Under the pieces are notes generated by a model that had not been told where the DNA came from, made no database searches, and worked only from the letters and a program-made list of their open reading frames with translations. From the IMG/VR virus record IMGVR_UViG_3300044641_005543: a stretch of 64,000 bases of DNA; one strand, given 5' to 3'. Every line of letters begins with the position of its first letter. Positions within the stretch are counted from its first letter, which is position 1. Of this stretch, positions 56,456 through 64,000 are shown in pieces. The stretch is from an uncultured virus (IMG/VR IMGVR_UViG_3300044641_005543) (lineage: Duplodnaviria > Heunggongvirae > Uroviricota > Caudoviricetes). Made by a program: the position numbers and the translations under genes.

Positions 56456-56998
56456 TTATACCTTTATTGATTGACTAACGTTTTTACAAAAATCTATAAC
56501 TTGTTCATCAGAAAATCTGTTTCTGGCATAGTTAAACATAAGAGCAACAAAACGAATATTCCCTTTAATATAACCTTTACTATTATCTATTCTATCAACA
56601 GATGCAGAATATGGTGCTGAAATATTATCGTCACTATATTTTTTTAATACCAGTTTTTGTTTTGTGAATGGACAAATACCGCCTTGTTGTTTCCAAAGCA
56701 TTTCCAAGTATTCTATATCTACATCATAGAACTGGTTTCTCTTTTTGGAACTTTTTTTGATTACTTTCATATACCATCTAAAACCAGCATATTTATCTCT
56801 TTGTCTTGTATATTGTGTATTTAAAAAATTATTTTTAAATTTTGTTAGATGTTGTAAATTATTTTTATTTTTCCCAGCACATTTAAGACTACAATAAAAT
56901 TCAGTTTTACCCCTTTTTTTCTGTCTTTTTATTTCTGCTGCTGGTTTTTCTGTTTCCTTAGCACATACAGCACATATTATCTTAGTTTTAGTAATCAT
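56456..56998 (-). CDS. HNH-like homing endonuclease
   Basis: CAVC...FYCSLKC, Q.G.CPFT, SVDRIDNSKGYIKGN; start moved to the ATG with AAGGAG SD (the track start lies inside tmRNA). Confidence 0.7.
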   Translation of the reverse strand: MITKTKIICAVCAKETEKPAAEIKRQKKRGKTEFYCSLKCAGKNKNNLQHLTKFKNNFLNTQYTRQRDKYAGFRWYMKVIKKSSKKRNQFYDVDIEYLEMLWKQQGGICPFTKQKLVLKKYSDDNISAPYSASVDRIDNSKGYIKGNIRFVALMFNYARNRFSDEQVIDFCKNVSQSIKV

Positions 56999-57058
56999 TT
57001 GTATCTCCTTAGTTGGTAATTTATAATACACCAAAAATGGAGATGAGCAAGTATTTAA

Positions 57059-57413
57059 TGGAGGCGGGCAGAGTCGAACTGCCGTGCTATCATATTTCAA
57101 ATTACATTTTCTACAAGTTTATTTTATTCATAGATTAAATAGGAGTACAGAATAAACAAGACTAATCCTATCTTACCAACTGCTCTTAACCTACAACCCG
57201 TTGGATATTGTAAGTGCAGAGGGATTTAACGACAGACTTTTGATACCTACCCTCAATCGGTATCGCAGTCTGTTACTGCCGTTTTTTATTAGGCAGCAAG
57301 GGCTAACTGATTTGTGCCAGTTAAAGCATTTGGTAGATTTTTAAAGTGGCCCTTCCACCAACCACTACTTGCCAATATAATAATCTTTATGTAGTCGAAA
57401 CCTTTACGCCCCC
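57059..57413 (-). ncRNA. ssrA: tmRNA (tag (A)GTNQLALAA)
   Basis: 5' GGGGGCGTAAAGGTTTCGAC; 3' GGCAGTTCGACTCTGCC-CGCCTCC-A; G3-U70; TTAACT then GGC ACA AAT CAG TTA GCC CTT GCT GCC TAA TAA. Confidence 0.95.
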
Positions 57414-57638
57414 TTATTTCTTAAGTACACTTTTTGTATTATCTTCCCAATTTTCTAGTCTCTCAATCTCATTTTTAATCTGCTGAAATTCCATTTGACT
57501 AGTTCCACAACGCCAGAAAACAGAATCAAATTCTAGTTTCTGTAATCTACTATAGAAATGTATATTAAATAGAAAAGACAGTAGTAGTAACCCAATTAAG
57601 AACGTATAACTTGCTAAATGATTTGAACGATTAGTCAT
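57414..57638 (-). CDS. small membrane protein
   Basis: TM segment FLIGLLLLSFLF; stop abuts the tmRNA 5' end. Confidence 0.5.
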   Translation of the reverse strand: MTNRSNHLASYTFLIGLLLLSFLFNIHFYSRLQKLEFDSVFWRCGTSQMEFQQIKNEIERLENWEDNTKSVLKK

Positions 57639-57705
57639 AAATTTTGTTCCTTTTAGACGAAATGGTGTATGATACTTTATCAAGTTTTAATCAAGGAGTT
57701 CGACT

Positions 57706-58215
57706 ATGAATCATTGTGCTAATTGCTTTAAAAAAACTAGTAATGCTAAATTTTGTTGTTTGTCTTGTAGTGCTACTTATACTAATAAAACTCATCCAAA
57801 ACGAAAACCTCAATCAAATAATAATGCTAAATGTCCTAATTGTAAAAAGAATTTTCATACTGATTATGCTACACAAATTTGTTGTTCCAAACAATGCTCA
57901 ACCGAATATCGCAGACTCCAGAGTGATAAAATTATTGAACAAGAAGGTTTTGGCGATGGGCATTATCATAATCTTAGAATTAGAAAATATCTTATTAGAA
58001 AACATGGAAATAATTGCATGATTTGCGGGCAATCTGGAGATAATTGGAATGGAAAACCCATTACTCTTATAGTAGATCATATTGATGGCAAATCCAATAA
58101 TAATAAACTTAATAATCTCCGTATAGTTTGTCCAAATTGCGATTGTCAACTTCCAACATACAAAGCAAAAAATAAAGGTAATAGTTCTAGGAAATATTTT
58201 ATAGTTCAAAAATAA
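57706..58215 (+). CDS. HNH homing endonuclease
   Basis: FCCLSC and CCSKQC repeats; CMICG...LIVDHIDG...NN.L.NLRIVCPNC; AAGGAG SD. Confidence 0.85.
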   Translation: MNHCANCFKKTSNAKFCCLSCSATYTNKTHPKRKPQSNNNAKCPNCKKNFHTDYATQICCSKQCSTEYRRLQSDKIIEQEGFGDGHYHNLRIRKYLIRKHGNNCMICGQSGDNWNGKPITLIVDHIDGKSNNNKLNNLRIVCPNCDCQLPTYKAKNKGNSSRKYFIVQK

Positions 58216-58216
58216 A

Positions 58217-58292
58217 TAGGGGATAAAGGAGTTGAACCTTTCTCTTGAACTGCTTATAAGACAGGTGACCACTACCGGCGGTCGCATCCCCC
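58217..58292 (-). tRNA. tRNA-Ile(UAU), CCA not encoded
   Basis: GGGGGAT/ATCCCCT acceptor, A73; GACC/GGTC D stem; loop CT-TAT-AA; T arm AAAGG-TTCAACT-CCTTT. Confidence 0.8.
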
Positions 58293-58300
58293 GTGTTTGT

Positions 58301-58329
58301 ATTGTATACTATCGACCGATCCCTGTCAA
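58301..58329 (-). promoter_or_regulatory. sigma70-type promoter for tRNA-Ile
   Basis: TTGACA-17nt-TACAAT ending 8 nt before the tRNA 5' end. Confidence 0.7.
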
Positions 58330-58871
58330 CTCTTGAGATATTTTTCGTAGTAGTTGCGATAAATACTCATAATAATACCACTAGTTGTTCCAACATTTAA
58401 AGACCGTACACTTCCATAAGTAGGAATAGTTAGAACACAACTACAAGCCATAAGAATTGTTTCTGATAAACCAGCATTTTCTTCTCCAAAAATAAAAATT
58501 GGTTCATCAATATTAGAAAAATCAAAACTAAAAGGATCGAATGTGATTTCTTTGTATTCTGGAATATTATTCTCAATAGCAATTAATGGTCGGCCAGTAG
58601 ATTTAATTACTTTAATAAACTCTTCTTCGGTTTTATAATGAAACATTGGAGTGTAGTGATGGGTTCCTACGCTACCTCTTTTATCCCATTTCTTTTTACC
58701 AACATAATGTACGCTACTAAATCCAAAAAAATTAGCATTACGAACCATTGTGCTGAGATTAAAATCTCCACCAATATTAATCATAGCAACACTTGCTGGA
58801 ATACTATTTTTATGACAATAGTTTCCGATTTCTGGCACACTCAACTCTTTAAGACTGTCTATCACGTTCAT
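58326..58871 (-). CDS. SpoU/TrmH-family (SPOUT) RNA 2'-O-methyltransferase
   Basis: FNLSTMVRNANFFG, FIFGEENAGL, VRSLNVG. Confidence 0.88.
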   Translation of the reverse strand: MNVIDSLKELSVPEIGNYCHKNSIPASVAMINIGGDFNLSTMVRNANFFGFSSVHYVGKKKWDKRGSVGTHHYTPMFHYKTEEEFIKVIKSTGRPLIAIENNIPEYKEITFDPFSFDFSNIDEPIFIFGEENAGLSETILMACSCVLTIPTYGSVRSLNVGTTSGIIMSIYRNYYEKYLKS

Positions 58872-58975
58872 TTTCAAGTTCTTTAAGTTTTTGTTCCCAA
58901 ATTTCTCTTTGTTTATACATTTCTATACAATTATTACAAAAATCCGAACTGATATATTCTCTAATATCTGCTAGT

Positions 58976-59368
58976 TTATTTTTTATCTCCCATATTTTTG
59001 TTTCTAGTTCGTGATTTAGCATTTGGCTTCTTCTCTTTCTTAGTTTCTTTTTGCCAGAAAACCATTTCGTTGACTTTATCATCCCAAGCACATTCAATCA
59101 AGTCTTGTGCTGCAAGTTTTGCTAGGGCAATATTGTGAATCCAAATCGCTGTTTCTTCAAAAATTTGTTCATTAGTATCTTCATCCAAAAGAGGACGATC
59201 TTCGTCATCATGACCAAGACAAAATTCCTCCACCAAATTGGTCATTTGCTTCAATGAAATATACTCATCTAAATTATCTCTATTATCTGACGATATACTT
59301 TTCGCTGCTGCTTCACGCATCTGTGCAGCATATCCATCTAAATCAACAATAGCATAAACTTCAGACAT
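58976..59368 (-). CDS. hypothetical protein
   Basis: 130 aa, GGAG SD; probable paralog of 45144..45545. Confidence 0.6.
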   Translation of the reverse strand: MSEVYAIVDLDGYAAQMREAAAKSISSDNRDNLDEYISLKQMTNLVEEFCLGHDDEDRPLLDEDTNEQIFEETAIWIHNIALAKLAAQDLIECAWDDKVNEMVFWQKETKKEKKPNAKSRTRNKNMGDKK

Positions 59369-59380
59369 TTTATCTCCAAT

Positions 59381-59653
59381 TTATTTGATATATTTCTTTA
59401 CACCAGAACCAATTTCCATATCATTAATATGGTCTATTGTATCTTGCATACTATACTGTCCTCTTGGAAGCCATTTAGTATCATTATAAAGAGCGGTCAA
59501 AATTTGTGGAATCCAATGTTGATGAGCCACTCCGTATTCGGTCGAAAAATATTCTTTAATTATGGTATCCATATCAGTAACCATATTTTGAATATCCTCA
59601 CGATATTGTACTAATTTTTCTAGTTGTTTTTTTTGTTCAGTATTAGTGGTCAT
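59381..59653 (-). CDS. hypothetical protein
   Basis: 90-aa operonic ORF. Confidence 0.55.
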   Translation of the reverse strand: MTTNTEQKKQLEKLVQYREDIQNMVTDMDTIIKEYFSTEYGVAHQHWIPQILTALYNDTKWLPRGQYSMQDTIDHINDMEIGSGVKKYIK

Positions 59654-60063
59654 ACTAGTACAGATTTAAGTTTCAACTTCAAAATCTTATGTGGAGTTTT
59701 CCAAACCCCTGTTTCTTTGTTCTGAATATCTCCATTCATCCAGATATGACAAAATCCAGCATTTTTATCAAGTCCCCATGCAAGAATACCATTTTCATCA
59801 ACTCTTTCTACAAGAAACTTTCCACGATAGCCCATAGGAATAAAATCGCCATGATGAACAAAGTATGGGCCACCAGCAACCTTGATTTTGTCTCCCTTTT
59901 GGAGTTCTCTCCAGTTAATATTACGAATAATTTTTGTATTCCTATCCTCTCTGCTCTTATTCTTGAACATAAAAGGAGTATTACAATTCTTGCACATATA
60001 AGCACGGGGGCCAGTTACCGTTCCGCACTTATCGCAAGCCTTTTTGCCTCTACCAAGTCCCAT
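59650..60063 (-). CDS. zinc-ribbon hypothetical protein
   Basis: GKKACDKCG...GPRAYMCKNC; own promoter and AGGAG SD. Confidence 0.65.
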   Translation of the reverse strand: MGLGRGKKACDKCGTVTGPRAYMCKNCNTPFMFKNKSREDRNTKIIRNINWRELQKGDKIKVAGGPYFVHHGDFIPMGYRGKFLVERVDENGILAWGLDKNAGFCHIWMNGDIQNKETGVWKTPHKILKLKLKSVLV

Positions 60064-60096
60064 AGTTTAGTCTCCTGTGTTGGGTGCTATACCCTA

Positions 60097-60124
60097 AGTA
60101 TATCCAAATAATCGGCATTGTCAA
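60097..60124 (-). promoter_or_regulatory. sigma70-type promoter
   Basis: TTGACA-16nt-TATACT, CGAT in the spacer. Confidence 0.7.
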
Positions 60125-60366
60125 GAGCGTTTCTTTAGCGGTTCTTCGGTTTTTTTATCTTTGTCAGGAAAAATAGTCAATTTGCCAGGATTATAATGAC
60201 AAAAATAACTACTGTGGATTCGCTTTTTAATCAGATTATCTTCTTCAATCTCAATATATACATTAATCCTATAACGATTTTCCCACACATTAATAATACG
60301 AGTCATAAGATAATGCTTGGGTTTTTCAACTTGCTTAAAAAGCAAACTTTCAATTTCAAGATCCAT
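60121..60366 (-). CDS. hypothetical protein
   Basis: INVWENRYRINVY...IHSSYF. Confidence 0.55.
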   Translation of the reverse strand: MDLEIESLLFKQVEKPKHYLMTRIINVWENRYRINVYIEIEEDNLIKKRIHSSYFCHYNPGKLTIFPDKDKKTEEPLKKRS

Positions 60367-60569
60367 TACTTTGTAATCTCCGGTTGTTGATATGTATCCA
60401 CTGAAAGAGAAATCTTGTTATCTGATGGGTTTTGTACAACATCTGTTGGATAATAATCTAGCGTTTCCCAATCCCATACTTCTACATTGTCTTGCCAAGG
60501 AAAACTACCAGGATTTTTAATATCGTTTGCTCTTTCATACAAATAATTATACAGATCAAGCCAAGTCAT
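60366..60569 (-). CDS. hypothetical protein
   Basis: 67-aa operonic ORF. Confidence 0.5.
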   Translation of the reverse strand: MTWLDLYNYLYERANDIKNPGSFPWQDNVEVWDWETLDYYPTDVVQNPSDNKISLSVDTYQQPEITK

Positions 60570-60788
60570 TTATCTGGCCCTCCGGTTTGCTCTATCAAGT
60601 TTACGAATAGTTTCAGTAGCATTAGATGGAACAAGCACCAAACTAGGTGCGGTTTTGTGTCCCCAATCCATAAAGCCCACAGCACGATTTTCTACGCTAC
60701 AATCCTTGCAGATAATTTTACGACCAGTTTCAACAAGAAACTCATAACGATCAATGCCAACACAATTTTTGCAGTAAATACAGTTCAT
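60570..60788 (-). CDS. TraR/DksA-like C4 zinc-finger protein
   Basis: CIYC...R.E.L......CKDC; GGAGG SD. Confidence 0.55.
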   Translation of the reverse strand: MNCIYCKNCVGIDRYEFLVETGRKIICKDCSVENRAVGFMDWGHKTAPSLVLVPSNATETIRKLDRANRRAR

Positions 60789-60807
60789 GGTTGCCTCCGT
60801 TGGGCGA

Positions 60808-60835
60808 ATTATACCATAAGCATCGGCATTGTCAA
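60808..60835 (-). promoter_or_regulatory. sigma70-type promoter
   Basis: TTGACA-16nt-TATAAT, CGAT in the spacer. Confidence 0.75.
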
Positions 60836-61288
60836 CTCGTCTACTGTAGTCAAATTCCCAATACTGTCGCTAAATTTTCCATCATCAGTGCTATAATAAA
60901 TATCGTTTAATCCAACAGCACTCAATAGTTTACTACAATTTTCACAAGGTTTGCTTCCAAGAATTTTACCACATCTATTAATTCTCATGACCACAATTTT
61001 CCAAGAAGGATTAATAAAATTATATTTATTCAGTAACTTATTGATTAAACGACTTTCACTGTGGAAAAAAGGAAACTCCTTATATTTTGGAAGATTAAAA
61101 TCTTCTCCTATACGATAGGCACCAGTATGGGTTTTAATAGGATTATTCTGAGTAAAAGCAATAAGTTTAGTGCCATCAAAAGCCGCACAATAATGATAAC
61201 ATCTAATCTGTTTCGTAGGATTCCAATTCTGATATGCTTTCCGAACTGTTTTCTGAATTATTTTCATTCTTATGCCCAACAAAGTCAT
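60809..61288 (-). CDS. cytidine/deoxycytidylate deaminase-like protein
   Basis: HSE...SKPCENC Zn motif, IYYS. Confidence 0.7.
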   Translation of the reverse strand: MTLLGIRMKIIQKTVRKAYQNWNPTKQIRCYHYCAAFDGTKLIAFTQNNPIKTHTGAYRIGEDFNLPKYKEFPFFHSESRLINKLLNKYNFINPSWKIVVMRINRCGKILGSKPCENCSKLLSAVGLNDIYYSTDDGKFSDSIGNLTTVDELTMPMLMV

Positions 61289-61391
61289 CTTTCCAACTCA
61301 TTGTATCATACATCACTGATCGGTCAACCAGTGGTGGCATCTTGATTTTTTTTGGTTCTGGTTTATTTTTAAAATTATCCATGATATATTC

Positions 61392-61538
61392 TCATTTACT
61401 GGCTAACATATATAAACCAACATTCGCAAAAGCATAACCAACATATGCTATTAACATACCGATATTTCCTCTATATCCTTGTTCTAGTGCTACATACAGA
61501 TATATTAATCCGGTGAGTGCTATAAGCCAACTACTCAT
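61392..61538 (-). CDS. 48-aa two-TM peptide (not in ORF track)
   Basis: translated by hand: MSSWLIALTGLIYLYVALEQGYRGNIGMLIAYVGYAFANVGLYMLASK. Confidence 0.55.
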   Translation of the reverse strand: MSSWLIALTGLIYLYVALEQGYRGNIGMLIAYVGYAFANVGLYMLASK

Positions 61539-62112
61539 TCTTAGTGTCCTTTATTTTATAATTGAACATTTCAAAATCTTGAGCATAAACATTATTGATC
61601 AGTTCTATTGTTTCGGTATCAAAATCATTAATTGTATATTTTTTATTTCCAGTATTTGATTTTATATTAAGACTAATATTTAGATTATATTTTTGCATTA
61701 AAGCATTAAATTCATCTAATAAATTTTCAAATTTTAAAATATGTATAATAACATTATCATCTATATATAGATACTGCTCCGTATAATGAAAGTCTAAAGC
61801 ATATCTATTTTTATATCTATTTAATATATGCGATCTTGTCTGTTTATTAAATTCAATTATTGAGACATTTTTATTTGTTGGTGGAGTCCATCTACAATAA
61901 AATTCTGATAGAATCCTATCATATGGATTTCTAACTACTGTAAACCAATCGTATTTTTCTTTTATATTTTGATTTATTGTACTAAAAGGTCTATGCCATC
62001 TTTGAGCATATTCTTTATGAAATCTACCCCAGTTTAATCCCGCCTTTTTACCAATATCTTCTATTGATGTTCCCGCTGTTTTAGTTATATGAATAAATTT
62101 GAGATTTTTCAT
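61531..62112 (-). CDS. sulfotransferase (family 2-like)
   Basis: FIHITKTAGTSIE, FTVVRNPYDRILSEF, KFENL, Y.QDFEMFNY. Confidence 0.85.
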   Translation of the reverse strand: MKNLKFIHITKTAGTSIEDIGKKAGLNWGRFHKEYAQRWHRPFSTINQNIKEKYDWFTVVRNPYDRILSEFYCRWTPPTNKNVSIIEFNKQTRSHILNRYKNRYALDFHYTEQYLYIDDNVIIHILKFENLLDEFNALMQKYNLNISLNIKSNTGNKKYTINDFDTETIELINNVYAQDFEMFNYKIKDTKNE

Positions 62113-62995
62113 ATTGTTCAATCGCTAGATCTTTACCCTTCAATTCCATATCTAAATCAAATTCTAGACCATAAGTTTCAAACTTATTATAAGCGTACTC
62201 AGCATGAGCACGAGGATTATTACCCTCTCTGCTTTCGCTGTAATGAAATAGTGGTCTAGTTTGCCATGTATCATAACACATATTAATAGCCTCACATTCT
62301 GTAAGATTATTAGGATGGCACTTATGATGAAGATAATCGAAGCAAATGGGTATCCTAGTAATAGGATGAAAAATATCCACCAACTCTTTTACGCTCCAGC
62401 AATTAAGTTTATCGTCATTCTCAATAGTCATACGCTTCTGACAATTTTCGTCTAAACGCTTGAAGTTTGAATAAAATCTGTGAGAAATTTCTTCTCTACT
62501 TCCATTATTGTTATGAACATGAAGATTCATTGGGGAATTTGTATCCGCCGGTAATCCAATTCTGTCGAAGAAACTGCTGTAGAAGTTGAGTTCAACGATT
62601 GTTTTCTCGACCACTTTATCGGAGAGACTTGATAGCGAATTAAACTCGCTAGGGTGACAACTAACACGAACGCCAGTAGTGGAAATAGTTTGTGCGATAT
62701 TATCAAACTCGTCTTGAATATCTTCATGGTTTGGTAAATCCTCTAAAGAGACATTAGCCTCATCATAAGTAATGAGAGGAAAAATATCACTGCTAACTCT
62801 ATAAGTATAATTATTATTGCCACAAAATTTGATTGTTTCATTTGTTGTTACAAGATTATTAAGAATTCTTTCTCCAAGAATAGTTAATGCCTCTTCTCTT
62901 GGTAAACTATTGAAACGCTTAAAAGTCATGGTCTGATGACCAATACCTTGTTCTTTTAGTTTAAGACTAATGCAACAAAGTCCGTATCTGTTCAT
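62081..62995 (-). CDS. uvsE: UV damage endonuclease UvsE/UVDE
   Basis: GLCCISL, YRVSSD.FP, SCHP, IENDD, FDYLHH, FHYSES, AHA, MELKGKD. Confidence 0.9.
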   Translation of the reverse strand: MNRYGLCCISLKLKEQGIGHQTMTFKRFNSLPREEALTILGERILNNLVTTNETIKFCGNNNYTYRVSSDIFPLITYDEANVSLEDLPNHEDIQDEFDNIAQTISTTGVRVSCHPSEFNSLSSLSDKVVEKTIVELNFYSSFFDRIGLPADTNSPMNLHVHNNNGSREEISHRFYSNFKRLDENCQKRMTIENDDKLNCWSVKELVDIFHPITRIPICFDYLHHKCHPNNLTECEAINMCYDTWQTRPLFHYSESREGNNPRAHAEYAYNKFETYGLEFDLDMELKGKDLAIEQYEKSQIYSYN

Positions 62996-63012
62996 AGAAT
63001 CTCCTTGGTCAC

Positions 63013-63040
63013 AGTATACAGCATTATCGGCAGAAGTCAA
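63013..63040 (-). promoter_or_regulatory. sigma70-type promoter for uvsE
   Basis: TTGACT-16nt-TATACT, CGAT in the spacer. Confidence 0.7.
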
Positions 63041-63231
63041 GCCGCTTCTTGAGGAATTTCTTCAACAGATAGAATTTTTACTAAAGAATATTCTATAGAA
63101 GGAAAATGTAATTTAAAATTAGAAAGAGCATTTTCAGAAGTAGAACCATCAAATACCTGATTAATTAATAGATTTTGTTTTGACAAATCGCTGTTTTTAA
63201 ATACCTGTGCCGTGATATTAAATGTTTTCAT
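63037..63231 (-). CDS. hypothetical protein
   Basis: 64-aa ORF from the ATG at 63231. Confidence 0.45.
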   Translation of the reverse strand: MKTFNITAQVFKNSDLSKQNLLINQVFDGSTSENALSNFKLHFPSIEYSLVKILSVEEIPQEAA

Positions 63232-63280
63232 TTTGAGTAAATTCTTGAATTTTGGTGTATTTGATATTAAAAGGAAATAT

Positions 63281-63919
63281 ATGAAAACTAAAAAATGTAC
63301 CGTTTGCCTCAAAAATAAAAAGTTAACTTCTTTTTACAAGAAAAAGGGCGGAAAATTTGGATTGGACGCAAAATGTAAGTCTTGCGTTTCTCTTTATCAT
63401 AAACAGCATTTTCAAAAAAACAAGACCTCAATCTTACAAAGTAGATCAAAATATATGAATGGGTATAGAAAAAATAATAAAAACTATACTTCAAAATATA
63501 ATAAAAATTACTATGAAAAAAATAAAAAAGAAATTCTTAGACATAAAGCCAGTTTAGAATATAGAAAATTACAGAGAGAATATGAAAGAAATAAATATCA
63601 AAATAATTTATCATATAGAATATTAAGTAGTTTAAGAAGCAGATTAAGATTGGCAGTTAAGAATAATATAAAACAAGAAAAAACTAAAGAACTAATTGGC
63701 TGTGATATTGAATATTTAAAAACATATTTAGCAAATAAGTTTCAAGAAGGCATGACTTGGGAAAATTATGGAAAATATGGTTGGCATATAGACCATATAA
63801 TTCCATGTTCCAGTTTTGACATGAGCGATCCTGAACAACAGAGAAAGTGTTTTCACTATACAAATTTACAGCCATTATGGGCTAAAGATAATATTAGTAA
63901 ATCAGATAAAATCTTATAA
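63281..63919 (+). CDS. HNH homing endonuclease
   Basis: KKCTVC...CKSC, LIGCD...GMTWENYG...WHIDHIIP...FHYTNLQPLW..N. Confidence 0.85.
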   Translation: MKTKKCTVCLKNKKLTSFYKKKGGKFGLDAKCKSCVSLYHKQHFQKNKTSILQSRSKYMNGYRKNNKNYTSKYNKNYYEKNKKEILRHKASLEYRKLQREYERNKYQNNLSYRILSSLRSRLRLAVKNNIKQEKTKELIGCDIEYLKTYLANKFQEGMTWENYGKYGWHIDHIIPCSSFDMSDPEQQRKCFHYTNLQPLWAKDNISKSDKIL

Positions 63920-64000
63920 TCCAAATGCCTCTATTGTATATTTAAATGGATTATTATCAATATTTTTTACTAAATCTAACATAGTTTGTGCAATTTCTCT

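Noticed and set aside
56999..57100. N-terminal extension of ORF 56456..57100
   Set aside because: It overlaps the tmRNA 3' end; a better ATG with an AAGGAG SD lies at 56998.
1..64000. Stop-codon reassignment
   Set aside because: Recognisable genes are full length in the standard code, all three stops terminate genes, and no suppressor tRNA was seen.

Overview
An AT-rich, gene-dense segment of a large lytic dsDNA phage genome. Almost all genes lie on the minus strand. No capsid, portal or terminase gene is in this window, and the host cannot be assigned from sequence alone. Left to right: (1) recombination and nucleotide genes (RecA/UvsX-like, HNH, PhoH, class II RNR, dCMP deaminase); (2) small membrane/secreted proteins with an intein-interrupted papain-like protease and an FN3-metalloprotease; (3) two mosaic tail-fibre-like genes; (4) a glycan-modification set (GT25, GT2, GT60, GT4, GT15-FkbM, GDP-mannose epimerase, three sulfotransferases) interleaved with ClpP, a sigma factor and GuaC; (5) a subtilase/trypsin/actin-like/thioredoxin/RuvB block; (6) rIIA/rIIB; (7) an early-type region with many sigma70 promoters, DNA repair genes, tmRNA, tRNA-Leu(UAA), tRNA-Ile(UAU), a SPOUT methyltransferase and homing endonucleases. 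The most unusual signals are: a 3'-UTR RNA hairpin whose loop is a perfect 12-nt antisense to its own gene's RBS/start codon; a tRNA-shaped RNA with a 24-nt anticodon loop; a volactin-like actin next to a membrane-anchor candidate; and an intein whose +1 residue is the protease's catalytic cysteine. All protein calls come from motif recognition by eye, not from database searches.
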